Made by a program: the position numbers and the translations under genes
In this document: piece by piece, positions 13,350 through 31,450 of the stretch
Layout of the letters: the number at the start of each line of letters is the position of its first letter
Numbering within the stretch: position 1 is the stretch's first letter
Assembly (NCBI RefSeq): GCF_009914755.1
Contig: NC_060932.1
Strand: one strand, 5' to 3'
DNA from: the human T2T-CHM13v2.0 reference genome, Homo sapiens
DNA: 64,000 nucleotides
Notes under the pieces: generated by a model
What the model was told of the DNA's origin: nothing
Databases searched by the model: none
What the model saw: only the letters and a program-made list of their open reading frames with translations

Positions 13350-14034
13350 TTATTTACTAATTAGGTGGAGGGCTTTTTGAACAGGTGTATGATATTCTAT
13401 GCTCCCCTTGAGAAGACAGCAATGATGCCATCTGCTCTGGGATTCTCCCAAAAACTTACATGGGGCATTCATTGCCCTCCTTTTCTCCAGGAATCCTCTG
13501 TGGAGGAGCAGCCGAGGTGCTGAGCCTTTTCCAGAGACCCACGATGTTTAAGTTCTAGCTGCTTCCTTTCTCATCTCCTCCTTGTTCTCTCTAGTGAAAT
13601 ACGATGCTACTCCCTTTTCATTGAAACCAGCTCTGGGCAGATTCTTTCCAATCTACTGTTAATGAATGAAGTTTGTGCTCTCTTCCTTCGGGTTTGGACT
13701 TGATATTTCCAGTCAAAGGACCTTTATCCTCTAGCATTTTGAGTTGAAAGCCATGGCTTTTACAACTCTTGTCTCTGCTATATGTTTACAAAAGTCAATG
13801 TAGTAAAAATGGTTAAGATGCTAAATTTTATGGTATGTGTTTTTAACCATAATAATAATAATAATAACAATAAAAAAGTCAACATAGGAACTCAAAAGCC
13901 AGGATCTGAAGTGTTTATTCTCTATATATCAAACTTTCCTGAGAACAGTGCATATGGAAAAATAGAGAAGAAAAAATAACTGAAAAACGAAATATGCAAT
14001 TTACCTGTTACACTCTTTAAGTAAATTAGCATTG

Positions 14035-14520
14035 AAATTAGAATAAAATTCAAAACATTGAACCTGACCTATAAGAGCCTGTATAACAGGGCCCTGGCTT
14101 ACCCTAACTTCATCCTGAATCATTCCCCTTCATTCAGAATACTCTAACCACCTTGGATTCCTTTCAGATTTTTTAATATGGCATGCTTTTTCTAGGCTTG
14201 GAACACAGTTTCCTCTGCCTATTTCACTCTTCCCCTATATTTCACTTCCTCAGAGATGCCTCCGTGACTCTACTGGACAAGGGAAATGTTGTCCCTGTTA
14301 GACGCTTCTTTAGCAATCTTTATTTCTATGCAAGTAAATAATTGACTGTGTAAATAGTGGCTTAATCTTTACTTCCCTTTCTAATCTATGAGCTTTGTGA
14401 GGATAGGGCACTAAGTCTATCCTATTTACCACTGTATCACCAGTGTCTATCACAATACTTTATGCACAATAGCAAATTAATAACCAGTTATTGAATAAAT
14501 GAGCACATCTGTGAATGAAT
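14035..14520 (+). mobile_element. L2 3' end
   Basis: 'tgagctttgtgaggatagggcac...accactgtatcaccagtgtcta...ttattgaataaatga'. Confidence 0.7.
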
Positions 14521-15060
14521 TAGTAGGTCACTTTGTAGTTCTTGGATCATACCAGGGGTTGGATTTCAGGATGTCCAAGTTCATTCTAACTTTAAAATTA
14601 CATGTTTTTATGATTGTATTTCCACCTCAGTAAGGATCATTTATCATAAACTTAGCCCATAAATATAACAGTGCAAATTCTGACCCATGTAAAGTTTATA
14701 TTGTGAAGATGTTCTCACTGGTATTTGCCTTTCCAGATGCTTAGTTGATGCTATGACTGCAAATACAGTAGGAGATTGAATGCACAATTGAGAGGCTCAG
14801 ACAAGGCAATGTGGTAATGAAGATCCAAAGGAGAGGGTGACCTCAATCATGGTCCTCTTGCTATTGGGAAGCATTGATTGTTTGATTGTCCAAGGTATAA
14901 AATATTTTAGGCTCTTGTTCATCACAATAAACTGAACATATAAAATAGTGCCTGAAATAGAGTAGTTGTTCAAAAAATATTTGATGAATGAATGAATAAT
15001 TGAGCGGTCTCTTGCTAATAAGCATGCACATGGAGCCCATTCAAATATGTTTGTAACCAA

Positions 15061-15202
15061 GCAGGGCATGGTGGTGCATGCCTGTAGTCTCAGCTACTCA
15101 GGAAGCCAAGGTGGGAGGATTGCTTGAGCACAGGAGTTTGAGTCCAGCCTGGGGCAACATAACGAGAACTGTCTAAAAAAAACAAAAAACAAACAAAAAA
15201 AA
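15061..15202 (+). mobile_element. Free Alu monomer (FLAM-type)
   Basis: Single ~120-bp Alu monomer with A-rich tail; TSD gtttgtaaccaa at 15049-15060 and 15203-15214. Confidence 0.9.
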
Positions 15203-16366
15203 GTTTGTAACCAATCAACCTCATCCTACCTACCACTAAGGGGGTGTGATCCATGGGTCTCTCAAAACTAATTTTAGATGCCCTGCTTCAGGTGAAACTG
15301 CTTTAAGGAAAATGTACTGACCCAATTGAAAAAGGATTCAATTGAAATTTCAGTTAAGGACTTTGGCAGAATTGCCAGCCATCAAGCTGAAAGGGACCCA
15401 AGGTGTTTAGGTGTAATATTTGTACCTGGTAAACTTCAGAAGTAGGATCTCTAATGCTGGGCTTTTCAAAATGGGTCACTAACTGCTACAAGAGAATCAA
15501 AGTGGAGCAGCACAAATAGGGAAGACGCTGGGAGATTAAATAGCCTAGCATGTCCTCAAATTCTGTCATTTGAAAATGGTCTTAATTGGAGTCTCTTTTT
15601 AAAGTGTAATTCCTAAGTGGAGTAATAATACTCTCTGAGTAGCCAGTAGGGAGTGAGCTGGCAATGGGCATTTTTTTCACACAGCTCAAGTAACTAGAGG
15701 GACCAAGCGCAAATTCTAACACTCACAATATTACATGGACCATGGCCAATTTTTCATGGATTCGATTCCATAAAAATGAGTTTTGGCAGTTCAGGACAGT
15801 AAAATATTGTTTCCTTGTTCTTAAAGGAGATTAATTCTGGGGAAAACTTCTTTTCTTCTCCCACCAGCCTCCTTAAATTTCAACCTCTCACATGCCCAAT
15901 GAAGAAATGCTTATATAGATTTGTGCTGAACCTCAGGGGTCAGAGTTCCCTTAATTTCATTATTCTAATGGGGTGACAATGAGCAACCTTGTTCTTGAGT
16001 GAAAAGTTCAGGTTTTCTGAGATTTGCTGATCCATGATAATAATTACCTAGCATCCCAGACAGAGCTGGTGCCAGAAATTGGATAAATTCCAGAAGGCTG
16101 CTTGGAGGCTTTCTAATCCTAGTCCTAGCCTCAGTGGGCACCTATGGGCTCTAAGAATGAAAGCAAGCAAAGAAGTCCAACTGCTCTTCCTGGAGAAAAG
16201 AGAAATGTTTCCATAGGAGAGAAGCTGAGGTCCTAGGACACAGACTACATGGATATGAACAAAACAAAGAGATCCCAAATACTAAAAAGGAAGCAAAAAG
16301 GGAAAGGATAAGTAATACTCAAGTCAAATTTCTCTGAAATAGAGCACCAGAAAAAAAAGAGTGTGC

Positions 16367-16972
16367 TGATTCCCCAAGGATCTAGAACCAGCAATACCAT
16401 TTGACCCAGCAATCCCATTACTGGGCATATACCCAAAGGATTATAAATCATTCTACTATAAAGGCACATCCACACATATGTTTATTGCAGCACTATTTAC
16501 AATAGCAAAGACTTGGAACCAACCCAAATGCCCATCAACGATAGACTGGATAAAGAAAATGTGGCACAGATACACCATGGAATACTACGCAGCCATGAAA
16601 AAGAATAAGTTCATGTCCTTTGCAGGGACATGGATGAAGCTGGAAGCCATCATTCTCAGCAAAATAACACAAAAACAGAAAACCAAACACTGCATGTTCT
16701 CACTCGTAAACGGGAGTCGAACAATGAGAACACATGGACACAGGGAGGGGAACATCACACACTGGGGCCTGTTGAGGGGGTGGGGGACTAGGCCAGGGAG
16801 AGCATTAGGACAAATACCTAATGCATGTAGGACTTAAAACCTAGATGATGGGTTGATAAGTGCAGCAAACCACCATGGCACATGTATACCTATGTAACAA
16901 ACCTGCACGTTCTGCACATGTATCCCAAAACTTAAAGTAAAATTAAAAAAAGAAAAGAAAAGAAAAGAAAAA
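16367..16972 (+). mobile_element. 5'-truncated L1PA (L1PA8-like) 3' end
   Basis: ORF 16478-16837 begins with the L1 ORF2 C-terminus (MFIAALFTIAKTWNQPKCPS...); 3' UTR and (GAAAA)n tail. Confidence 0.95.
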
Positions 16973-17172
16973 GGACAGATGGCCCAAGTGTAACTGGATG
17001 AAAAAAAAAGTTACTGGGATCCAGAAAAGTCTCTCAGAGAAAGAGGCATTTTCTCACAGGCAGTGAAATGATTCCTCCAGGGAGGGACAGAATCCAGGAA
17101 ACTATTGTAATTCCAAGCCACAAGTAGCAAGCTCATAGTAAAAACAAGCAGAAAATTGCCCGATGAATGCTA

Positions 17173-17525
<353 letters not shown>

Positions 17526-17779
17526 TCTGGACAGATTTGAGAAGGGAAGGCCGGGAAAACCAGTGAAGAATACTTAAAGTATGATTTGTGAGTTTCGAGG
17601 CATACAATCATTGTAAGAGCTAAAAGTATTGCCTAGACTCTAAGGAGACCTGCCCTAGAAAGGCATGGAATTGGGCTCCAAGGAAAGCACATTGGAGATG
17701 AGCCACAGTGAAGGGGTACCAGGAAGAATAATAATAAGTCAACCTAGACCTGGGTTCAATGCCTGTCTCATGGTCAGAA

Positions 17780-18370
17780 GAGTATCTCCTGTCACTCCTG
17801 TACTCAGAGGCCTCCTAAAGCTCTCATTTCACTTAGAGTAGAAGTCAACTCCTCAGATCAGACCACACCCTCTTAGACCTGTCCCACCCCTTCGCTCTCT
17901 GCTTTATCTCCTACCACTCTCTTCCCTTGCACACTCCACTCCTACCATACCAGTCTCCTTGTGCTCCGGCACATTCTCCTTGCAGGGTTGGGCTCTTTTT
18001 GTGCCCCGCTTCCTGGAATACTCTTCCCTAGATGTGTGCAAAGCTCTTCCTTATTTCCTGGAGACCTCTTCTTCTATGCTTCCTTTTCAGCCAGGCCTTC
18101 CCTGACCACCCTATTTTGAAGTGTGACAGGCCCACCCATCCCCTAGGCACTTCCTCCATACCTCTCTGCTTTTACTTTTCTTCCTGGCACTTTTCATGAT
18201 CTGATAGACATATGCTTTAGCAATGTGTGTTTCTTGTCCGTCTCCCTCCAGTGGAATGGATGCTCTTTGAGGGCAGGGTTATTTGCCTCTTTGCTCTGTA
18301 AATTATCCAGGGCAAAAAAAATGCTGGCACTTAGTAGATGCTCAAAATATACTTGTCAAATATATTGAAA
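17780..18370 (+). mobile_element. L2 3' region
   Basis: 'ggccttccctgaccaccctattttgaa...gagggcaggg...ctggcacttagtagatgctcaaaata'. Confidence 0.75.
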
Positions 18371-19622
18371 GATTTTTTTAATAATGAAAGCTTTTAGCAA
18401 GCCTGGGACTGATTCATGCCATAGCTTTCTATATGGGAGACACCATCTAACAAAATCTAAAGACTTTTACTAGAAAAACAAACAAATGTGTGGGACTAAA
18501 TGCAAAGCACAAGTAAAAGCAAGAAAACTGTTCTCTCCCAGCCCATAGCTCTAGCCCTGTATGTATTGGAGAAGAAAAAGGATTAGCTGTTAGAACCTCA
18601 ACTAAGCTTTGCCAGAGGAAGAGGGAAAGAGCAGATGGGAAGAAAATATTGGAGGCATACTCCAGTGTTGCAGAGAAAGACGCAATAGAAAGAAAGCCTC
18701 CTCGAGATCTGAAATATTCAAACCTCGAGGAAAACAAAAGGATGCATGAGTTACTAATCATTGAAACCATGTTATCGGTAGATGAGGAATGTATTATATT
18801 AATCTGCCTACTTTTATATATATTTGAAATTTTCCATTAAAAATGAGTTTTTAAAAAAAGTAGAGGAGGGTAGTGCCCTGAGAAGCACCTGGCAGAGAGG
18901 TACTGGGAGTCACCAACCTCCCACGGACATAATCTCCAGGAGCAAGGACAACAGCTCCAATTCATGAATCTGCTGAGGATGATTCTCCAGCTGAACAAAT
19001 GTGGGCACAGAGACACCTTTCATCTAAAAAATCCCCACGAAGCAGCCAGGGTGGCTCAAAGGAGAGAATGGATGCCATGTTGCTACTCATGGACCTCAGT
19101 AGATAGTGCTGATCTAGGGTGCCAGAAACTGGATCTCAAAGGAAGCTGATAGACAAAAAGATTGGAACATTGCTTAAGACAACAACAAAAGCAAAAACAA
19201 AGCACACCTCACATAAGATATGCTGCCTGGGGCTAGTTTCTAAACTTTGTAAAGAGTCATTATGCCTCAAAGGCTACTCTCTGAGAGAAGAGACAATGCT
19301 CATTGGTAAAAGACCCTTTGCTCCATATAGTCCTTGCTCTCTTAGGAGAGAGTCCCTTATATGAAATGGATCATGGATTCTGGACAACTGACATAGTCTA
19401 ACTGCCTCTGAAGGAACTGAAACCATGTTTTTTTTGTTTGTTTGTTTGTTTTTGTTTCTCCAGCAACATTCCTTCTCTTAGACGGCCATTGGTACTTGGC
19501 TCTAGCAACATAATTCTACCTGGAATAACTGATAAGGGCTAGGAATTACTTTGTTTCCTGAGTATGGTGGGTATGAGGCCCCTACTGTGATTAACTTGCC
19601 TGTCTTTGAATTCTTTTCATAG

Positions 19623-19799
19623 GAGAGCAATTTACAGAATTGGCATTGAACTGGGTCAGATTCATAGGTCCTAAAGGAACTCTGCCCACTGCAGGGAGAG
19701 ATACTCAGCCCAGGCGGCATCTGCTGAAAGAATTCCAGCTGCCCCTGTCCACTCTGCAAAGAAGAGCCCCTCGACAGCAGAATAAAAAATCAGACAAGG
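19623..19799 (+). other. Candidate internal exon (177 nt), unverified
   Basis: Branch-like gattaac, polypyrimidine tract ending ttcatag|, donor AGG|gtgagt; one frame open throughout. Confidence 0.35.
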
Positions 19800-21989
19800 G
19801 TGAGTTTTAGACTTAAATTGCTTTTAACTAATCAGGGCAAGATCATTTGATGTTGCTCTTAATTCCATTAGACTTGAAAGTTTGGGGTCTTTACCTTGAA
19901 AAAAGAATTAATTTGAGGGCCTTCATTATTTCCAGGCCAATTGATAATAAGAGCTTTTAAAATTCAAGCTTAGAATGCTTCTATTGTACTGGCATTTTAT
20001 TACTAACGTGTATTTATGCATTTTAATATTGAAGCGTCTTAATGTTTCACTTATCCTGTGGCAGAATCTCTAATTGTCTATATTTTACACATGGCTGGAT
20101 ATAAGTTGGGATTGGAATAGGTAATATGTTTTTGGCCTTAAGGACAATGTGGCATCAAAGTGTATTTTCGTAATGCTCTGTTCTGACTCATCTCAGAGCT
20201 TTCTGAGGTAAAAATCCTCACTGCTTTCTAGATGTCCCTCAAAGGAAGGGTGTGGCCTCTCATGGGTAAGAAGGACTAACTTGATCAACTACCTGACTCC
20301 TCTCTCAAAGGGAAAGCCACACTCCTATCTTAATCATACACTCAATAGGCAAACTCAATGGATAAAGGGAATTAAAACCTGGGGAACCATGGAGGGAAAA
20401 GCCCATTTCCCCCCTTTTATTTCAATGAAAAGGGATTTCTCTAGTCATTCCTGGCCTCCCTTCTCCTCCTCCCCATGGAGATGGTGTGAAATACCTGGCC
20501 AGTGACACCCAGTCAGTAGCCACAGCTATCATTCCACAATTCTTCACCAGTGGAGCTCATCTCCCAAAGGTCTAAACACAGGAAATTTTCTCTCTTTCTC
20601 CTTCTCTCCGTTCCAGGGGAGGCAATAACCTGGCTAACAGTGTTTGCTCTGCAGATTCAAACTTTCCTTCTGATAGGTTTTTCCAAGGTCTAGATAGTAA
20701 ATTAGAAAGACTGTTTATGATCCTAAGCTACATCCACTAACATAGCCTTTATCAGTAATAAGGGTCCTTGTTTATTACTCTTTTTATTTCTCTAGTGGTT
20801 AAAATCTCAGGCAGAGAAGGGTGTGTTACATCAGCACTCAGAGTTCTTTGAGAATTAGCTTGAAATAATTCATATAAAGCTCTTATATTGGTGTCTGGGT
20901 ACAATATGAGTGCTCAAACACTCTGGCAATGCCGCCAATGACCTCCCATGTAGTAGGTTTCCATGTGGCATGGGCCCTCAGCCTTCATGTGTTACTTTAC
21001 TACTTCTTGCTTTGTTTTCCAGTTATCTGTATTTGTGTCATTAGGGGTTATAACTGCCGAGGTCAGAGATCACATCTTCATCATCTTTGCATTATCTGAA
21101 GCACCAACCATAATGCCTTGTATGAAGAGCATGCTCAATAAATAATTACTGTAAAACTAGATGATCAGAGGGCAGTCCAATGTTTACTAACTATTCACCC
21201 TAGAATTCCATATTTAAATAACCTCATAAAATAGGTCAGCCATTCTTTTGAATCCAACTGGAGTTTGTTCTTAGACAAATTCTCAACAAGAGAAAAATAT
21301 GCAGCTTATCACATGGGTCACCTAATCACAGAAAATAAAATCAAGATTCTGTGGAACTGACATAGTTGTTTTCTCCAGGGAAGCTTAAAGCACTTTACAG
21401 TCTGCACAACATCTAGACTCAGAGCAGTCCTGGGAGTAGCTGGATGATCCCTCACAGCTACCTAAACACTGTGTATACAATGCATTTCCCCCTTTGAAAT
21501 CCTTTTTTTGGTGCTAGAAACTATGTAGATGCTTAATAAATATTATTATGAAAAACAATAATATTTATTTGAGGTCCCATGGTGAAGCTAAGAAACTGAG
21601 CCCAGCTAAGGGTCATATCAGAATCCACAGTCTCCCTCAGCAAAGCAGGAGAACTTTGTGACTACACACCTACTATGCCAGGCAGTCAACAAGATTTTTT
21701 AAGTGTTACTCAGACAGGTAAGCCTCTACCACAAACCAAAGAATAAATAAATACATAAAATACTGAGGCAGATACGATTCTTGGCCTTAAGTTGCTCTCT
21801 ATCGAAAGGAAACAAACTCTTCCAAAAATAACACCATATACCACCAAATATGTACAGGTGTATAAAGCCACTTGGTTGTATATAGCTACAAGATTACATA
21901 ATGAAGAGAGTTCCCAGGGCCAAAACAGATGTGTTTAATCTTCACTTTGCTTTTATTTGTCTGATTAGTACAGTTGTTTCCATTGTAGT

Positions 21990-22172
21990 TGTTCCATTTA
22001 CAGCTATGTAGTCTGGGGTTTACTCTCTTTTGGCCTTGGTGTTACTATCTGGAAAATGAGATTTTAAAAAGTACTAATTTGATAACATTATGAGAATTAA
22101 ATAAAATAGTTTATATAAAATGCTCAGCACAGTATTTGTTATATAGGAAGCTCTCAAAATTACTATTACTAT
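21990..22172 (+). mobile_element. MIR fragment
   Basis: 'ctggaaaatgagatt...tgagaattaaataaaatag...aaaatgctcagcacagt...ctctcaaaattactatt'. Confidence 0.6.
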
Positions 22173-23129
22173 TGTCTATCTTCTTGCATGTGTCATAAGA
22201 CTAAATTTGTGTACCCTAGTTTATTTTAGTTTTTGCATTCTGATTATAAAAGTCTTACATAGTCACTGCAGAAATCTTAATAAATGCAGAAAAATATAGT
22301 TGGGAAAATAAATCTCATCCATAATTCTAACACCCACAGGTAAAAACTATTAGCATCGCAATAAATTTCTATTTTCTAAAGGCAGGGATCATATTGGTTT
22401 CATCTGTGTAAAGTACCTGGCATGTAGTAGGTACTCACTGAGTGGATGTTGAAAGATCTCATAGTCAGGAACAAGTGTATGACAATAAAGCTATATTTAT
22501 ATACTGTATAAGTAAAAGGGAAACATTCTAAAGGATAATCCCTGGGCTCCTTTCAAAGTAAAAAATCAGAATTAATGGAAAATAAAAAGACAGATTCCCT
22601 AGGTTATACATAGGATACCCACTAAGCCCCACAACCCAAATGTTGGTAAGCATAATGCAATACTTCCTTGCTCTGCATAAACTGCACTAATTTGCTGTCC
22701 TCTGTGTGATGATTCTTATTATGTTCCTATTTTTTCCTTTTGGTCCTAAATTCTATTACACTGATAGATTGAAAACTACATAAGAGCAGGCATTTGTGGC
22801 CTTCTCATCCTCTTGGATTCCCCATTATCTCCTAGTCCCAGACTCTGCACTCAGTGGTCACACCCTACATTTTATGGACTGATAAGCTAAGTTAGCATCT
22901 ATTCCAGATCACTGACTTATCCCGACCAGGTAGGGACAATTTTATCTAAATCTCTCAGACCGTAGGGACAGCCCAGTTGGTCATTAGTTGTTCCTACTTA
23001 GTCTCTTGCATCATATCAAAGGCATTTATTGAGAAACTGGGCCACTCAGCACCTCAGGTTGAGTTCCCAAAACTCTTCTTTGCTGGTCCCAAGTGATTCT
23101 TCTATAGCAACCTCCTTCATGATCAAGGT

Positions 23130-23290
23130 AGCATAGAAAGAATGTGACTTTCAGAGTCCCACTGCCTCGGTTCAAGTCCAGCATCCACTGCCTACTACCC
23201 AATGTTGAGCAAAATATTTTACCCTCTGAGCCTGTTTTCTCATACGTCTGGCACATGGCAAGCATTAAATAAATATAAATTACCAATATT
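23130..23290 (+). mobile_element. MIR fragment
   Basis: 'cagagtcccactgcctcggttcaagtccagcatccactgcctact...ctctgagcctgttttctcat'. Confidence 0.6.
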
Positions 23291-23416
23291 AGCAATAGTA
23301 GAAGTAGTAATCAAATGAAACCTACTGACTAGTAACCTAGCAATATCCCAGTCTGAGTACTGCCATGAATCAAAGGTTGCATGCATGCAATCCAAACCTC
23401 TACAGGTCACATTTCT

Positions 23417-23546
23417 TTCTTTTTTTTTTTCTTTCTTTAAAGAATTTCTCCAGGATATTTATTTTTATCTGTAGATTTTGTAACTTCTTGACGGCCCTGA
23501 TTTTCTTTAAGAATCATCTTCTTGTCTCTGAAAAACTCTTAAATCC
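23417..23546 (-). other. L1 3' transduction (~108 bp unique sequence plus second poly-A)
   Basis: Lies between the L1 poly-A and the left TSD; has its own AATAAA (minus strand, 23458-23463) and poly-A (23417-23438). Confidence 0.85.
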
Positions 23547-23780
23547 TTTTTTTTTTTTTAGTTTTTTTAAATTATTATTATACTTTAAGTTCTAGGGTAC
23601 ATGTGCACAACGTGCAGTTTTGTTACATAGGTATACATGTGCCATGTTGGTTTGCTGCACCCATTAACTCGTCATTTACATTAGGTATTTCTCCTAATGC
23701 TATCCCTCCACCAGCCCCCTACCACATGACAGGCCCCAGTGTACGATGCTCCACTCCCTGTGCCCAAGTGTTCTCATTGT

Positions 23781-27601
<3,821 letters not shown>

Positions 27602-27664
27602 TATGATGTTAGCTGGTTATTTTGCCCATTAATTGATGCAGTTTCTTCATAGCATCGATGGTCT

Positions 27665-28690
27665 TTACCATCTGGCATGTTTTTTCAGTGGCTGGTACCA
27701 GTTGTTCCTTTCCATGTTTAGTACTTCCTTCAGGAACTCTTGTAAGGCAGGCCTGGTGGTGACAAAATCTCTCCGTATTTACTTGTCTGTAAAGTATTTT
27801 ATTTCTCCTTCACTTATGAAGCTTAGTTTGGCTGGATATGAAATTCTGGGTTGAAAATTCTTTTCTTTAAGAATGTTGAATATTGGCCCGCACTCTCTTC
27901 TGGCTTGTAGAGTTTCTGCCAAGAGATCCGCTATTAGTCTGATGGGCTTCCCTTTCTGAGTAACCCAACCTTTCTCTCTGGCTGCCCTTAACATTTTTTC
28001 CTTCATTTCAACCTTGGTGAATCTGACAATTATGTGTCTTGGGGTTGCTCTTCTCAAGGAGTACCTTTGTGGTGTTCTCTGTGTTTCCTGAATTTGAACG
28101 TTGGTCTGCCTTGCTAGGTTGGGGAAGTTCTCCTGGATAATATCCTGAAGAGTGTTTTCCAACTTGGTTCCATTCTCCCCATCACTTTCAGGTACACCAA
28201 TCAGATGCAGATTTGGTCTTTTCACATAGTCCCATATTTCTTGGAGGCTTTGTTCATTTCTTTTTACTCTTTTTTCTCTAAATTTCTCTTTTCAATTTAT
28301 TTCATTAATTTGATCTTCAATCACTGATACCCTTTCCTCCACTTGATTGAATCGGGTATTGAAGCTTGTGCATGCATCATGAAGTTCTTGTGCCATGGTT
28401 TTCAGCTCCATTAGGTCATTGAAGGTCTTTTCTACACTGTTTGTTCTAGTTGGCCACTCATCTAATCTTTTTTCAAGGTTTTTAGCTTCCTTGTGATGGG
28501 TTTGAACATCCTCCTTTAGCTCGGAGAAGTTTGTTATTACCAACCTTCTGAAGCCTATTTTTGTCAACTTGTCAAAGTCATTCTCCGTCCAGCTTTGTTT
28601 CATTGCTGGTGAGGAGCTGTGATCCTTTGGAGAAGAGGAGACACTCTGGTTTTTGGAATTTTCAGGTTTTCTGCTCTGGTTTCTCCCCAT
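27665..28690 (-). pseudogene. L1 ORF1 (RNA-binding protein), disrupted
   Basis: MGRNQSRK..., KRPNLHLIGVPE..., FQPRISYPAKLSF; premature stops. Confidence 0.95.
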
Positions 28691-29289
28691 CTTTGTGGTT
28701 TTATCTACCTTTGGTCTTTGATGTTGGTGACCTACAGATGGGGTTTTGGTGTGGATGTTCTTTTTGTCGATGTTAATGCTATCCCTTTCTGTTTGTTAGT
28801 TTTCCTTCTAACAGTCAGGTCTTTCAGCTGCAGGTCTGTTGGAGTTTGCTGGAGGTCCAGTCCAGACCCTGTTTGCCTGGGTATTACCAGTGGAGGCTTC
28901 AGAACAGCAAATATTGCAGAACTGAAAATATTGCTGCCTGATCCTTCCTTTGGAAACTTTGTCCTAGAGGGGCACCCGCGTGTATGAGGTGTCAGTCGGC
29001 CCCTACTGGGAGGTGTCTCCCAGTTAGGCTACACCTGGGTCAGGGACCCACTTAAGGAGGCAGTCTGTTTGTTCTCAGAGCTCAAACACCGTGCTAGAAG
29101 AACCACTGCTCTCTTCAGAGCTGTCAGACAGGGACATTTAAGTCTGCAGAAGATTCTGCTACCTTTTGTTCAGCTATGCCCTGCCCCCAGAGGTGGAGTC
29201 TATAGAGGCAGCAAGCCTTGCAGCACTGCAGTGGGCTCCACCCAGTTTGAGCTTCCAGGCTGCTTTGTTTACCTACTCAAGCCTCAGCA

Positions 29290-29457
29290 ATGGCGGACAC
29301 CCCTCTCCCTGCTGGGCTGCTGCCTGGCAGATGGATCTCAGACTGCTGCGCTAGCAGTAAACAAGGCTCTGTGGGCATGGGACCCACCCAGCCAGGCACA
29401 GGATATAATCTCCTGGTGTGCTGTTTGCTAAGACTGTTGGAAAAGCACAGTATTTGA
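29290..29457 (+). other. L1 antisense ORF0 homologue, truncated at 55 aa
   Basis: Translates MADTPLPAGLLPGRWISDCCASSKQGSVGMGPTQPGTGYNLLVCCLLRLLEKHSI*, similar to primate ORF0p (MAGAPPP...ISDCCAS...). Confidence 0.6.
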
Positions 29458-29736
29458 GCAGGAGTTTCCCGTTTTTCCAGGTACAGTCTGTCATGGCTTC
29501 CCTTGTCTAGGAAAGGGAAATCCCCTGACCCCTTGCTCTTCCGCCTCACCCTGCTTCAGCTCGCCCTTTGTGGGCTGCACCCACTGTCCAACCAGTCCCA
29601 ATGAGATGAACCAGGTACCTCAGTTGGAAATGCAGCAATCACCCATCTTCTGCATGGATCATGCTGGGAGCTGCAGACTGGAGCTATTCCTATTCTGCCA
29701 TCTTGGAACAGATCCCTACAGGTCACATTTCTAATT

Positions 29737-29870
29737 GTTCATTCATTTAGTCATTGACAAATATTTTAAAAAGCAGTTATGTTCAGATCACCATGTTAAG
29801 AACTACAGGGAACAAAAGAAGAATAAAACATACATCTTGCTTTAATGGTTTCATAATGCAGCAATAGAAG
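29737..29870 (-). mobile_element. L2 3' tail
   Basis: 'ttcattcatttagtcattgacaaatattt...' antisense L2 end. Confidence 0.55.
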
Positions 29871-30449
29871 GCTCAAAGACTCAAAGTCTCGGATTGCATT
29901 TGATGTCTTTGTGAACAGTATGTGGCACTATTACTTCCATATGACAAGATGCATAAAACACAATCTAAAGACTAAAGTAATCAGGAAAATGGGCTCCCTT
30001 TCATCCCTGCAGATAGTGGTCAATTTTGAAATTATTCATGTCATGAAGTTGTTCCTCACAAAACTGAATACCCAAAGTGTTAAAAGCATACGTGTGCTAT
30101 AAAGTGATATTATTAACATTGTTATTAGTGCCTTAAGAACAGACAGAGTTCAGCACTGCCACATCAAAGAGGAGTTTCAGGGTTTTTTTTTTCTCTCAGT
30201 GGGAAGGAAAGATAAACTAGGAACATATAGCCAGGCAAAAATACATACTTAGATATAAAATGCAGAAACATAGACTCAATGCCATATAACCACATGCTGA
30301 GGGCCTTATAAAAACATTAGGCTCTGATCTCTCCGTGGCTTAGGGCTTGACGAGGAATATCAGAAGAGAGTCTCTGGGTCATCCCAACCCAGCTTACAGC
30401 AGGATAGGCTACTAGAGTTCGATTATACATGGGATAATACTTAGGGAAA

Positions 30450-31125
30450 TGTAATTTATCCAAAAACCAGGCAGATAAGGTGCCCACTGTGCCCACTGCC
30501 CATTATGAGAGATTCTCTGTGCATAGGTCACCATGTAGAAGTTCACAGCTGGCTGGGCCAAGAATGATTACCTCACCCAAAGGCTGCTCTGTAGGCTGGC
30601 CATAGCCTATGAAGTGGTCTAACACTGTCCAGTGTGAGTATCTTCCCCTGGCTGGTGACTAGTTCCTGCCTCTCAGGGAGCATGAGTGCCTGACACAGAG
30701 AAACACAGACATTAGGGAGGAAAAGATGATAGAGACAAGTCAGTAAACAAAATGCATTTGACAGCAGTCATCATGGGACTGTAAAAGCTAGGAGTAAGCA
30801 AACATTATACCATAGAAAGGAAAGTGAATAAAATGTACATAGTAGGCTCCAGGAAAGTTGAAGAGGTGATGTGGAGTAACTGAGCCCCAATAATGTTAGA
30901 CTACTGAATAAGGTAGTTTAACTGCCTTCTGTGGGGACCATTGGTGAAGCTGTTGTAAGCCCACTTGAGTTACAGTTGCATATGGCTAACATTTTGGTTC
31001 TCTGAGGCCTGGCTACAACTTTTTTTTCTACTCTGACTTCCTTATGTATTCTTATTGCACTAACTCTTCATTAACTAAGATAGCTAGGGAGTCTGCTCCT
31101 TGCAATATGAAAGACCCAAGCTAAT
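30450..31125 (+). mobile_element. Possible old ERVL-class LTR
   Basis: LTR-like 3' part 'ctgaggcctggctac...tctgctccttgcaatatgaaagacc'; family uncertain. Confidence 0.35.
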
Positions 31126-31189
31126 TAGAATTACAGGTGGTAATTCTAATTATTTAAATTACATGCCACTTGATGGCATACTGAGATCC

Positions 31190-31450
31190 TGTGTAGCTTA
31201 GTGGTTACGAACATAGGCTTTGAAGTTAGATTGACATGCTTTCAAATTCTAATCCTATCACTCAGAAACTGTTTGAACTAATACAAATTCCTAAAATTAA
31301 CTGAGCTTCAGTTTCTTCCACTAGAAAACAGAAACAAGCCCACTCTAAAGTGAAGTTGTGGAGATTGCATAAGACCAGGGGTATGTATGTAAAGTGCCTA
31401 AAGTTAGTACATAGCACACAGTAAGCACTCAATAAGAGGTAGCTATTATA
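31190..31450 (+). mobile_element. MIR (near full length)
   Basis: 'gtgtagcttagtggttacgaacataggctttgaagttaga...ctgagcttcagtttcttc...gcacacagtaagcactcaataa'. Confidence 0.8.
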
